From Eledone cirrhosa (lineage: Eukaryota): a DNA stretch of 64,000 bases. This document shows positions 1-16,400 of the stretch, one piece after another (positions within the stretch are counted from its first letter, which is position 1; each line of letters starts with the position of its first letter). The translations under genes and the position numbers were made by a program. The DNA lies in contig OZ024745.1 of the NCBI GenBank assembly GCA_964016885.1, forward strand, positions 9,052,001 to 9,116,000, in the 5' to 3' direction. The notes under the pieces are model-generated. The model was not told where the DNA came from and did not search any database. It worked only from the letters and a program-made list of their open reading frames with translations.

Positions 1-2968
1 TCAAGTTAATGTCACCATATGTAATATAATTAGTGTCAAGTTAGTGTCATCATATGTAATATAGTGTCAAGTTAGTGTCACCATATGTAATATAGTGTCA
101 AGTTAGTGTCATAATATGTAATATAGTTAGTGCCAAGTTAATGTCACCATATGTAATATAGTTAGTGTCAAGTTAGTGTCACCATATGTAATATAGTGTC
201 AAGTTAGTGTCATCATATGTAATATAGTTAGTGTCAGGTTAGTGTCATCATATGTAATATAGTGTCAAGTTAGTGTCATCATATGTAATATAGTGTCAAG
301 TTAGTGTCATCATATGTAATATAGTGTCAAGTAAGTGTCATCATATTTAATATAGTTAGTGTCAAGTTAGTGCATTCATATGTAATATAGTGTCAAGTTA
401 GTGTCACCATATGTAATATAGTGTCAAGTTAGTGTCATAATATGTAATATAGTTAGTGCCAAGTTAATGTCACCATATGTAATATAGTTAGTGTCAAGTT
501 AGTGTCACCTTATGTAATATAGGGTCAAGTTAGTGTCATCATATGTAATATAGTGACAAGTTAGTGTCACTATATGTAATATAGTCTCAAGTTAGTGTCA
601 GCATATGTAATATAGTGTCAAGTTAGTTGTCATCATATGTAATATAGTGTCAAGTTAGTGTCATCATATGTAATATAGTTAGTGTCAATTTAGTGCATTC
701 ATATGTAATATAGTGTCAAGTTAGTGTCATCATATGTAATATAGTTAGTGTCAATTTAGTGCATTCATATGTAATATACTGTCAAGTTAGTGTCATCATA
801 TGTAATATAGTGTTAAGTTAGTGTCATCATATGTAATATAGTGTCACGTTAGTGTCATCATATGTAATATAGTGTCAAGTTAGTGTCATCATATGTAATA
901 TAGTGTCAAGTTAGTGTCATCATATGTAATATAGTGTTAAGTTAGTGTCATCATATATAATATAGTGTCACGTTAGTGTCATCATATGTAATATAGTGTC
1001 AAGTTAGTGTCATCATATGTAATATAGTTAGTGTCAAGTTAGTGTCACCATATGTAATATAGTGTCAAGTTAGTGTCATCATATGTAATATAGTTAGTGT
1101 CAGGTTGGTGTCATCATATGTAATATAGTGTCAAGTTAGTGTCATCATATGTAATATAGTGTCAAGTTAGTGTCATCATATGTAATATAGTGTCAAGTAA
1201 GTGTCATCATATTTAATATAGTTAGTGTCAAGTTAGTGTCATCATATGTAATATAGTTAGTGTCAAGTTAGTGTCATCATGAGTAATATAGTGTCAAGTT
1301 AGTGTCATCATATGTAATATAGTGTCAAGTTAGTGTCATCATATGTAATATGGTGTCAAGTTACTGTCATCATATGTAATATAGTGTCAGGTTAGTGTCA
1401 TCATATTTAATATGAGTAGTATCAAGTTAGTGTCATCATATGTAATATAGTATCAAGTTAGTGTCATCATATGTAATATAGTTAGTGTCAAGTTAGTGCC
1501 ATCATATGTAATATAGTGTCAAGTTAGTGTCATCATATGTAATATAGTTACTGTCAAGTTAGTGTCATCATATGTAATATAGTGTCAAGTTAGTGTCATC
1601 ATATGTAATATAGTGTCAAGTTAGTGTCACCATATGTAATATAGTGTCAAGTTAGTGTCATCATATGTAATATAGTGTCAAGTTAGTGTCACTATATGTA
1701 ATATAGTATCAAGTTAGTGTCACCGTATGTAATATAGTGTCAAGTTAGTGTCATCATATGTAATATAGTGTCAAGTTAGTGTCATCATATGTAATATAGT
1801 TGGTGTCATCATATGTAATATAGTGTCAAGTTAGTGTCATCATATGTAATATAGTGTCAAGTTAGTGTAATCTTATGTAATATAGTTTCAAGTTAGTGTC
1901 ATCATATGTAATATAGTATCAAGTTAGTGTCATCATATGTAATAGAGTGTCAAGTTAGTGTCATCATATGTATCATAGTATCAAGTTAGTGTCATCATAT
2001 GCAATATAGTGTCAAGTTAGTGTCATCATATGTAATATAGTGACAAGTTAGTGTCATCATATTTAATATAGTTAGTGTCATCATATGTAATATAGTGTCA
2101 AGTTAGTGTCATCATATCTAATATAGTGTTAAGTTAGTGTCATCATATGTAATATAGTGTCAAGTTAGTGTCATCATATGTAATATAGTTAGTCTCATCA
2201 TATGTAATATAGTGTCAAGTTAGTGTCATCATATGTAATATAGTGTCAATTTAGTGTCATCATTTGTAATATAGTGTCAAGTTAGTGTCACTATATGTAA
2301 TATAGTGTCAAGTTAGTGTCACCATATGTAATATAGTGTCAAGTTAGTGTCATCATATGTAATATAGTGTCAAGTTAGTGTCATCATATGTAATATAGTG
2401 TCAAGTTAGTGTCACTATATGTAATATAGTCTCAAGTTAGTGTCATCATATGTAATATGGTGTCAAGTTACTGTCATCATATGTAATATAGTGTCAGGTT
2501 AGTGTCATCATATGTAATATGAGTAGTGTCAAGTTAGTGTCATCATATGTAATATAGTGTCAACTTAGGGTCATCATATGCAATATAGTTAGTGTCAAGT
2601 TAGTGTCACCATATGTAATATAGTGTCAAGTTAGTGTCATCATACGTAACATCGTTAGTGTCAAGTTAGTGTCATCATATGTAATAAAGTGTCAAGTTAG
2701 TGTCATCATATGTAATATAGTGTCAAGTTAGTGGCATCATATGTAATATAGTTAGTGTCAAGTTAGTGTCATCATATGTAATATAGTTAGTGTCATCATA
2801 TGTAATATAGTGTCAAGTTAGTGTCATCATAGGTAATAAAGTGTCAATTTAGTGTCATCATATGTAATATAGTGTCAAGTTAGTGTCATCATATGTAATA
2901 TAGTTAGTGTCAAGTTAGTGTCATCATATGTAATATAGTGTCAAGTTAGTGTCATCATATGAAATATA

Positions 2969-3541
<573 letters not shown>

Positions 3542-6500
3542 TAGTGTCAAGTTAGTGTCATCGTATGTAATATAATGTCAAGTTAGTGTCATCATATGTA
3601 ATAGAGTATCAAGTTAGTGTCATTATATGTAATATAGTGTCAAGTTAGTGTCATCATATGTAATATAGTTAGTGTCATCATATGTAATATAGTTAGTGTC
3701 ATCATATGTAATATATGTTAATTTAGTGTCATCATATGTAATATAGTGTCAAGTTAGTGTTATCATATGTAATATAGTTAGTGTCAAGTTAATGTCACCA
3801 TATGTAATATAATTAGTGTCAAGTTAGTGTCATCATATGTAATATAGTGTCAAGTTAGTGTCACCATATGTAATATAGTGTCAAGTTAGTGTCATAATAT
3901 GTAATATAGTTAGTGCCAAGTTAATGTCACCATATGTAATATAGTTAGTGTCAAGTTAGTGTCACCATATGTAATATAGTGTCAAGTTAGTGTCATCATA
4001 TGTAATATAGTTAGTGTCAGGTTAGTGTCATCATATGTAATATAGTGTCAAGTTAGTGTCATCATATGTAATATAGTGTCAAGTTAGTGTCATCATATGT
4101 AATATAGTGTCAAGTAAGTGTCATCATATTTAATATAGTTAGTGTCAAGTTAGTGCATTCATATGTAATATAGTGTCAAGTTAGTGTCACCATATGTAAT
4201 ATAGTGTCAAGTTAGTGTCATAATATGTAATATAGTTAGTGCCAAGTTAATGTCACCATATGTAATATAGTTAGTGTCAAGTTAGTGTCACCTTATGTAA
4301 TATAGGGTCAAGTTAGTGTCATCATATGTAATATAGTGACAAGTTAGTGTCACTATATGTAATATAGTCTCAAGTTAGTGTCAGCATATGTAATATAGTG
4401 TCAAGTTAGTTGTCATCATATGTAATATAGTGTCAAGTTAGTGTCATCATATGTAATATAGTTAGTGTCAATTTAGTGCATTCATATGTAATATAGTGTC
4501 AAGTTAGTGTCATCATATGTAATATAGTTAGTGTCAATTTAGTGCATTCATATGTAATATACTGTCAAGTTAGTGTCATCATATGTAATATAGTGTTAAG
4601 TTAGTGTCATCATATGTAATATAGTGTCACGTTAGTGTCATCATATGTAATATAGTGTCAAGTTAGTGTCATCATATGTAATATAGTGTCAAGTTAGTGT
4701 CATCATATGTAATATAGTGTTAAGTTAGTGTCATCATATATAATATAGTGTCACGTTAGTGTCATCATATGTAATATAGTGTCAAGTTAGTGTCATCATA
4801 TGTAATATAGTTAGTGTCAAGTTAGTGTCACCATATGTAATATAGTGTCAAGTTAGTGTCATCATATGTAATATAGTTAGTGTCAGGTTGGTGTCATCAT
4901 ATGTAATATAGTGTCAAGTTAGTGTCATCATATGTAATATAGTGTCAAGTTAGTGTCATCATATGTAATATAGTGTCAAGTAAGTGTCATCATATTTAAT
5001 ATAGTTAGTGTCAAGTTAGTGTCATCATATGTAATATAGTTAGTGTCAAGTTAGTGTCATCATGAGTAATATAGTGTCAAGTTAGTGTCATCATATGTAA
5101 TATAGTGTCAAGTTAGTGTCATCATATGTAATATAGTGACAAGTTAGTGTCATCATATGTAGTATAGTTAGTGTCATCATATGTAATATAGTGTCAAGTT
5201 AGTGTCATCATATGTAATATAGTGTCAAGTTAGTGTCATCATATGTAATATAATGTCAAGTTAGTGTCATCATATGTAATATGGTGTCAAGTTACTGTCA
5301 TCATATGTAATATAGTGTCAGGTTAGTGTCATCATATTTAATATGAGTAGTATCAAGTTAGTGTCATCATATGTAATATAGTGTCAAGTTAGTGTCATCT
5401 TATGTAATATAGTGTCAAGTTAGTGTCACTATATGTAATATAGTGTCAAGTTAGTGTCATCATATGTAATATAGTGTCAAGTTAGTGTCATCATATGTAA
5501 TATAGTTAGTGTCAAGTTAGTGCCATCATATGTAATATAGTGTCAAGTTAGTGTCATCATATGTAATATAGTTAGTGTCAAGTTAGTGTCATCATATGTT
5601 ATATAGTGTCAAGTTAGTGTCATCATATGTAATATAGTGTCAAGTTAGTGTCACCATATGTAATATAGTGTCAAGTTAGTGTCATCATATGTAATATAGT
5701 ATCAAGTTAGTGTCACCATATGTGATATAGTGTCAAGTTAGTGTCATCATATGTAATATAGTGTCAAGTTAGTGTCATCATATGTAATATAGTTAGTGTC
5801 ATCATATGTAATATAGTGTCAAGTTAGTGTCATCATATGTAATATAGTGTCAAGTTAGTGTAATCTTATGTAATATAGTTTCAAGTTAGTGTCATCATAT
5901 GTAATATAGTATCAAGTTAGTGTCATCATATGTAATATAGTGTCAAGTTAGTGTCATCATATGTAATAGAGTGTCAAGTTAGTGTCATCATATGTATCAT
6001 AGTGTCAAGTTAGTGTCATCATATGCAATATAGTGTCAAGTTAGTGTCATCATATGTAATATAGTGACAAGTTAGTGTCATCATATTTAATATAGTTAGT
6101 GTCATCATATGTAATATAGTGTCAAGTTAGTGTCATCATATCTAATATAGTGTTAAGTTAGTGTCATCATATGTAATATAGTGTCAAGTTAGTGTCATCA
6201 TATGTAATATAGTTAGTCTCATCATATGTAATATAGTGTCAAGTTAGTGTCATCATATGTAATATAGTGTCAAGTTAGTGTCATCATTTGTAATATAGTG
6301 TCAAGTTAGTGTCACTATATGTAATATAGTGTCAAGTTAGTGTCATCATATGTAATATGGTGTCAAGTTGCTGTCATCGTATGTAATATAGTGTCAGGTT
6401 AGTGTCATCATATGTAATATGAGTAGTGTCAAGTGAGTGTAATCATACGTAATATAGTGTCAACTTAGGGTCATCATATGTAATATAGTTAGTGTCAAGT

Positions 6501-9500
6501 TAGTGTCACCATATGTAATATAGTGTCAAGTTAGTGTCATCATACGTAACATCGTTAGTGTCAAGTTAGTGTCATCATATGTAATAAAGTGTCAAGTTAG
6601 TGTCATCATATGTAATATAGTGTCAAGTTAGTGGCATCATATGTAATATAGTTAGTGTCAAGTTAGTGTCATCATATGTAATATAGTTAGTGTCATCATA
6701 TGTAATATAGTGTCACGTTAGTGTCATCATATGTAATATAGTGTCAAGTTAGTGTCATCATATGTAATATAGTTAGTGTCAAGTTAGTGTCACCATATGT
6801 AATATAGTGTCGAGTTAGTGTCATCATATGTAATATAGTTAGTGTCAGGTTAGTGTCATCATATGTAATATAGTGTCAAGTTAGTGTCATCATATGTAAT
6901 ATAGTGTCAAGTTAGTGTCATCATATGTAATATAGTGTCAAGTAAGTGTCATCATATTTAATATAGTTAGTGTCAAGTTAGTGTCATCATATGTAATATA
7001 GTTAGTGTCAAGTTAGTGTCATCATGTGTAATATAGTGTCAAGTTAGTGTCATCATATCTAATATAGTGTTAAGTTAGTGTCATCATATGTAATATAGTG
7101 TCAAGTTAGTGTCATCATATGTAATATAGTTAGTCTCATCATATGTAATATAGTGTCAAGTTAGTGTCATCATATGTAATATAGTGTCAAGTTAGTGTCA
7201 TCATTTGTAATATAGTGTCAAGTTAGTGTCACTATATGTAATATAGTGTCAAGTTAGTGTCATCATATGTAATATGGTGTCAAGTTACTGTCATCATATG
7301 TAATATAGTGTCAGGTTAGTGTCATCATATGTAATATGAGTAGTGTCAAGTGAGTGTCATCATACGTAATATAGTGTCAACTTAGGGTCATCATATGTAA
7401 TATAGTTAGTGTCAAGTTAGTGTCACCATATGTAATATAGTGTCAAGTTAGTGTCATCATACGTAACATCGTTAGTGTCAAGTTAGTGTCATCATATGTA
7501 ATAAAGTGTCAAGTTAGTGTCATCATATGTAATATAGTGTCAAGTTAGTGGCATCATATGTAATATAGTTAGTGTCAAGTTAGTGTCATCATATGTAATA
7601 TAGTTAGTGTCATCATATGTAATATAGTGTCACGTTAGTGTCATCATATGTAATATAGTGTCAAGTTAGTGTCATCATATGTAATATAGTTAGTGTCAAG
7701 TTAGTGTCACCATATGTAATATAGTGTCGAGTTAGTGTCATCATATGTAATATAGTTAGTGTCAGGTTAGTGTCATCATATGTAATATAGTGTCAAGTTA
7801 GTGTCATCATATGTAATATAGTGTCAAGTTAGTGTCATCATATGTAATATAGTGTCAAGTAAGTGTCATCATATTTAATATAGTTAGTGTCAAGTTAGTG
7901 TCATCATATGTAATATAGTTAGTGTCAAGTTAGTGTCATCATGTGTAATATAGTGTCAAGTTAGTGTCATCATATGTAATATAGTGTCAAGTTAGTGTCA
8001 TCATATGTAATATAGTGACAACTTAGTGTCATCATATGTAATATAGTTAGTGTCATCATATGTAATATAGTGTCAAGTTAGTGTCATCATATGTAATATA
8101 GTGTCAAGTTAGTGTCATCATATGTAATATAGTGTCAAGTTAGTGTCATCATATGTAATATGGTGTCAAGTTACTGTCATCATATGTAATATAGTGTCAG
8201 GTTAGTGTCATCATATTTAATATGAGTAGTATCAAGTTAGTGTCATCATATGTAATATAGTATCAAGTTAGTGTCATCATATGTAATATAGTTAGTGTCA
8301 AGTTAGTGCCATCATATGTAATATAGTGTCAAGTTAGTGTCATGATATGTAATATAGTTAGTGTCAAGTTAGTGTCATGATATGTAATATAGTGTCAAGT
8401 TAGTGTCATCATATGTAATATAGTGTCAAGTTAGTGTCACCATATGTAATATAGTGTCAAGTTAGTGTCATCATATGTAATATAGTGTCAAGTTAGTGTC
8501 ACTATATGTAATATAGTATCAAGTTAGTGTCACCGTATGTAATATAGTGTCAAGTTAGTGTCATCATATGTAATATAGTGTCAAGTTAGTGTCATCATAT
8601 GTAATATAGTTGGTGTCATCATATGTAATATAGTGTCAAGTTAGTGTCATCATATGTAATATAGTGTCAAGTTAGTGTAATCTTATGTAATATAGTTTCA
8701 AGTTAGTGTCATCATATGTAATATAGTATCAAGTTAGTGTCATCATATGTAATAGAGTGTCAAGTTAGTGTCATCATATGTATCATAGTATCAAGTTAGT
8801 GTCATCATATGCAATATAGTGTCAAGTTAGTGTCATCATATGTAATATAGTGACAAGTTAGTGTCATCATATTTAATATAGTTAGTGTCATCATATGTAA
8901 TATAGTGTCAAGTTAGTGTCATCATATCTAATATAGTGTTAAGTTAGTGTCATCATATGTAATATAGTGTCAAGTTAGTGTCATTATATGTAATATAGTT
9001 AGACTCATCATATGTAATATAGTGTCAAGTTAGTGTCATCATATGTAATATTGTGTCAATTTTGTGTCATCATTTGTAATATAGTGTCAAGTTAGTGTCA
9101 CTATATGTAATATAGTGTCAAGTTAGTGTCACCATATGTAATATAGTGTCAAGTTAGTGTCATCATATGTAATATAGTGTCAAGTTAGTGTCATCATATG
9201 TAATATAGTGTCAAGTTAGTGTCACTATATGTAATATAGTCTCAAGTTAGTGTCATCATATGTAATATGGTGTCAAGTTACTGTCATCATATGTAATATA
9301 GTGTCAGGTTAGTGTCATCATATGTAATATGAGTAGTGTCAAGTTAGTGTCATCATATGTAATATAGTGTCAACTTAGGGTCATCATATGTAATATAGTT
9401 AGTGTCAAGTTAGTGTCACCATATGTAATATAGTGTCAAGTTAGTGTCATCATACGTAACATCGTTAGTGTCAAGTTAGTGTCATCATATGTAATAAAGT

Positions 9501-9809
9501 GTCAAGTTAGTGTCATCATATGTAATATAGTGTCAAGTTAGTGGCATCATATGTAATATAGTTAGTGTCAAGTTAGTGTCATCATATGTAATATAGTTAG
9601 TGTCATCATATGTAATATAGTGTCAAGTTAGTGTCATCATATGTAATATAGTGTCAAGTTAGTGTCATCATAGGTAATAAAGTGTCAATTTAGTGTCATC
9701 ATATGTAATATAGTGTCAAGTTAGTGTCATCATATGTAATATAGTTAGTGTCAAGTTAGTGTCATCATATGTAATATAGTGTCAAGTTAGTGTCATCATA
9801 TGAAATATA

Positions 9810-10415
<606 letters not shown>

Positions 10416-13400
10416 TAGTGTCAAGTTAGTGTCATCATATGTAATATAATGTCAAGTTAGTGTCATCATATGTAATAGAGTATCAAGTTAGTGTCATTAT
10501 ATGTAATATAGTGTCAAGTTAGTGTCATCATATGTAATATAGTGTCAAGTTAGTGTTATCATATGTAATATAGTTAGTGTCAAGTTAATGTCACCATATG
10601 TAATATAATTAGTGTCAAGTTAGTGTCATCATATGTAATATAGTGTCAAGTTAGTGTCACCATATGTAATATAGTGTCAAGTTAGTGTCATAATATGTAA
10701 TATAGTTAGTGCCAAGTTAATGTCACCATATGTAATATAGTTAGTGTCAAGTTAGTGTCACCATATGTAATATAGTGTCAAGTTAGTGTCATCATATGTA
10801 ATATAGTTAGTGTCAGGTTAGTGTCATCATATGTAATATAGTGTCAAGTTAGTGTCATCATATGTAATATAGTGTCAAGTTAGTGTCATCATATGTAATA
10901 TAGTGTCAAGTAAGTGTCATCATATTTAATATAGTTAGTGTCAAGTTAGTGTCATCATACGTAATATAGTTAGTGTCAAGTTAGTGTCATCATATGTAAT
11001 ATAGTGTCAAGTTAGTGTCATCATATGTAATATAGTGTCAAGTTAGTGTCATCATATGTAATATAGTGACAAGTTAGTGTCATCATATGTAATATAGTTA
11101 GTGTCATCATACGTAATATAGTGTCAAGTTAGTGTCATCATATGTAATATAGTGTCAAGTTAGTGTCATGATATGTAATATAGTGTCAAGTTAGTGTCAT
11201 CATATGTAATATGGTGTCAAGTTAGTGTCATCATATGTAATATGAGTAGTATCAAGTTAGTGTCATCATATGTAATATAGTGTCAAGTTAGTGTCATCAT
11301 ATGTAATATAGTGTCAAGTTAGTGTCATCATATGTAATATAGTGTCAAGTTAGTGTCATCATATGTAATATAGTGTCAAGTTAGTGTCACCATATGTAAT
11401 ATAGTGTCAAGTTAGTGTCATCATATGTAATATAGTGTCAAGTTAGTGTCACTATATGTAATATAGTATCAAGTTAGTGCCACCTTATGTAATATAGTGT
11501 CAAGTTAGTGTCATCATATGTAATATATTGTCAAGTTAGTGTCATCATATGTAATATAGTGTCAAGTTAGTGTCACCATATGTAATATAGTGTCAAGTTA
11601 GTGTCATCATATGTAATATAGTGTCAATTAGTGTCATCATATGTAATATAGTGTCAAGTTAGTGTCATCATATGTAATATAGTGTCAAGTTGGTGTCATC
11701 ATATGTAATATAGTGTCACGTTAGTGTCATCATATGTAATATAGTGTCAAGTTAGTGTCATCATATGTAATATAGTGTCAAGTTAGTGTCATCATATGTA
11801 ATACAGTTAGTGTCAAGTTAGTGCCATCATATGTAATATAGTGTCAAGTTAGTGTCATCATATGTAATATAGTTAGTGTCAAGTTAGTGTCATCATATTT
11901 AATATAGTTAGTGTCAAGTTAGTGTCATCATATGTAATATAGTGTCAAGTTAGTGTCATCATATGTAATATAGTTAGTGTTATCATATGTAATATATTTA
12001 GTGTCATCATATGTTATATAGTTAGTGTCATCATATGTAATATAGTATCAAGTTAGTTTCATCATGTTTAATATAGTGTCAAGTTAGAGACATCATATGT
12101 AATATAGTTAGTGTCATCATATGTAATATAGTGTCAAGTTAATGTCATCATATGTAATATAGTGTCAAGTTGGTGTCATCATATGTAATATAGTGTCAAG
12201 TTAGTGTCATCATATGTAATATAGTGTCAAGTTAGTGTCATCATATGTAATATAGTGTCAAGTTAGTGTCATCATATGTAATACAGTTAGTGTCAAGTTA
12301 GTGCCATCATATGTAATATAGTGTCAAGTTAGTGTCATCATATGTAATATAGTTAGTGTCAAGTTAGTGTCATCATATGTAATATAGTGTCAAGTTAGTG
12401 TCATCATATGTAATATAGTGTCAAGTTAGTGTCACCATATGTAATATAGTGTCAAGTTAGTGTCATCATATGTAATATAGTGTCAAGTTAGTGTCACTAT
12501 ATGTAATATAGTATCAAGTTAGTGTCACCATATGTAATATAGTGTCAAGTTAGTGTCATCATATGTAATATAGTGTCAAGTTAGTGTCATCATATGTAAT
12601 ATAGTTTCAAGTTAGTGTCATCATATGTAATATAGTGTCAAATTAGTGTCACCATATGTAATATAGTGTCAAGTTAGTGTCATCATATGTAATATAGTGT
12701 CAGGTTAGTGTCATCATATGTAATATAGTGTTAAGTTAGTGTCATCATATGTAATATAGTGTCAAGTTAGTGTCATCATATGTAATATAGTTAGTGTCAA
12801 GTTAGTGTCATCATATGTAATATAGTGTCAAGTTAGTGTCATCATATGTAATATAGTTAGTGTTATCATATGTAATATATTTAGTGTCATCATATGTTAT
12901 ATAGTTAGTATCAAGTTAGTGTCATCATATGTAATATAGTATCAAGTTAGTGTCATCATATGTAATATAGTGTTAAGTTAGTGTCATCATATGTAATATA
13001 AGGTCAAGTAAGTGTCATCATATGTAATATAGTTAGTATCATCATATGTAATATAGTTAGTGTCAGGTTAGTGTCATAATATTTAATATAGTTAGTGTCA
13101 AGTTAGTGTCATCATATGTAATATAGTGTCAGGTTAGTGTCATCATATGTAATATAGTGTCAAGTTAGTGTCATCATATGTAATATAGGGTCAAGTTAGT
13201 GTCATCATATGTAATATAGTGTCAAGTTAGTGTCATCATATGTAATATAGTTAGTGTACGGTTAGTGTCATCATATGTAATATAGTTAGTTTGAAGTTAG
13301 TGTCACCATATGTAATATAGTTAGTGTCATCATATGTAATATATTGTCAAGTTAGTGTCATCATATGTAATATAGGGTCAAGTTAGTGTCACCATATGTA

Positions 13401-16400
13401 ATATAGTTAGTGTACGGTTAGTGTCATCATATGTAATATAGTTAGTTTGAAGTTAGTGTCACCATATGTAATATAGTTAGTGTCATCATATGTAATATAT
13501 TGTCAAGTTAGTGTCATCATATGTAATATAGGGTCAAGTTAGTGTCATCTTATGTAATATAGTGTCAAGTTAGTGTCATCATATATAATATAGGGTCAAG
13601 TTAGTGTCATCATATGTAATATAGTGTCAAGTTAGTGTCATCATATGTAATATAGTTAGTGTCAAGTTAGTGCCATCATATGTAATATAGTGTCAAGTTA
13701 GTTTTATCATATGTAATATAGTGTTAAGTTAGCGTCATCATGTGTAATATAGTTAGTGTCAAGTTAGTGTCATCATATGTAATATAGTGTCAAGTTAGTG
13801 TCATCATATGTAATATAGTGTCAAGTTAGTGTCATCATATGTAATATAGTGTCAAGTTAGTGTCATCATATGTAATATAGTTAGTGTCAAGTTAGTGTCA
13901 TCATATGTAATATAGTGTCAAGTTAGTGTCATCATATGTAATATAGTTAGTGTCAAGTTAGTGTCATCATATGTAATATAGTTAGTGTCAAGTTAGTGTC
14001 ATCATATGTAATATAGTTAGTGTCAAGTTAGTGTCATCATATGTAATATAGTGTCAAGTTAGTGTCATCATATGTAATATAGAGTCAAGTTAGTGTCATC
14101 ATATGTAATATAGTGTCAAGTTAGTGTCATCATATGTAATATAGTGTCAAGTTAGTGTCACCATATGTAATATAGTGTCAAGTTAGTGTCATAATATGTA
14201 ATATAGTTAGTGCCAAGTTAATGTCACCATATGTAATATAGTTAGTGTCAAGTTAGTGTCACCATATGTAATATAGTGTCAAGTTAGTGTCATCATATGT
14301 AATATAGTTAGTGTCAGGTTAGTGTCATCATATGTAATATAGTGTCAAGTTAGTGTCATCATATGTAATATAGTGTCAAGTTAGTGTCATCATATGTAAT
14401 ATAGTGTCAAGTAAGTGTCATCATATTTAATATAGTTAGTGTCAAGTTAGTGTCATAATACGTAATATAGTTAGTGTCAAGTTAGTGTCATCATATGTAA
14501 TATAGTGTCAAGTTAGTGTCATCATATGTAATATAGTGTCAAGTTAGTGTCATCATATGTAATATAGTGACAAGTTAGTGTCATCATATGTAATATAGTT
14601 AGTGTCATCATACGTAATATAGTGTCAAGTTAGTGTCATCATATGTAATATAGTGTCAAGTTAGTGTCATGATATGTAATATAGTGTCAAGTTAGTGTCA
14701 TCATATGTAATATGGTGTCAAGTTACTGTCATCATATGTAATATAGTGTCAGGTTAGTGTCATCATATGTAATATGAGTAGTATCAAGTTAGTGTCATCA
14801 TATGTAATATAGTGTCAAGTTAGTGTCATCATATGTAATATAGTGTCAAGTTAGTGTCATCATATGTAATATAGTGTCAAGTTAGTGTCATCATATGTAA
14901 TATAGTGTCAAGTTAGTGTCACCATATGTAATATAGTGTCAAGTTAGTGTCATCATATGTAATATAGTGTCAAGTTAGTGTCACTATATGTAATATAGTA
15001 TCAAGTTAGTGCCACCTTATGTAATATAGTGTCAAGTTAGTGTCATCATATGTAATATATTGTCAAGTTAGTGTCATCATATGTAATATAGTGTCAAGTT
15101 AGTGTCACCATATGTAATATAGTGTCAAGTTAGTGTCATCATATGTAATATAGTGTCAATTAGTGTCATCATATGTAATATAGTGTCAAGTTAGTGTCAT
15201 CATATGTAATATAGTGTCAAGTTGGTGTCATCATATGTAATATAGTGTCACGTTAGTGTCATCATATGTAATATAGTGTCAAGTTAGTGTCATCATATGT
15301 AATATAGTGTCAAGTTAGTGTCATCATATGTAATACAGTTAGTGTCAAGTTAGTGCCATCATATGTAATATAGTGTCAAGTTAGTGTCATCATATGTAAT
15401 ATAGTTAGTGTCAAGTTAGTGTCATCATATTTAATATAGTTAGTGTCAAGTTAGTGTCATCATATGTAATATAGTGTCAAGTTAGTGTCATCATATGTAA
15501 TATAGTTAGTGTTATCATATGTAATATATTCAGTGTCATCATATGTTATATAGTTAGTGTCATCATATGTAATATAGTATCAAGTTAGTTTCATCATGTG
15601 TAATATAGTGTCAAGTTAGAGACATCATATGTAATATAGTTAGTGTCATCATATGTAATATAGTGTCAAGTTAATGTCATCATATGTAATATAGTGTCAA
15701 GTTGGTGTCATCATATGTAATATAGTGTCAAGTTAGTGTCATCATATGTAATATAGTGTCAAGTTAGTGTCATCATATGTAATACAGTTAGTGTCAAGTT
15801 AGTGCCATCATATGTAATATAGTGTCAAGTTAGTGTCATCATATGTAATATAGTTAGTGTCAAGTTAGTGTCATCATATGTAATATAGTGTCAAGTTAGT
15901 GTCATCATATGTAATATAGTGTCAAGTTAGTGTCACCATATGTAATATAGTGTCAAGTTAGTGTCATCATATGTAATATAGTGTCAAGTTAGTGTCACTA
16001 TATGTAATATAGTATCAAGTTAGTGTCACCATATGTAATATAGTGTCAAGTTAGTGTCATCATATGTAATATAGTGTCAAGTTAGTGTCATCATATGTAA
16101 TATAGTTTCAAGTTAGTGTCATCATATGTAATATAGTGTCAAATTAGTGTCACCATATGTAATATAGTGTCAAGTTAGTGTCATCATATGTAATATAGTG
16201 TCAGGTTAGTGTCATCATATGTAATATAGTGTTAAGTTAGTGTCATCATATGTAATATAGTGTCAAGTTAGTGTCATCATATGTAATATAGTTAGTGTCA
16301 AGTTAGTGTCATCATATGTAATATAGTGTCAAGTTAGTGTCATCATATGTAATATAGTTAGTGTTATCATATGTAATATATTTAGTGTCATCATATGTTA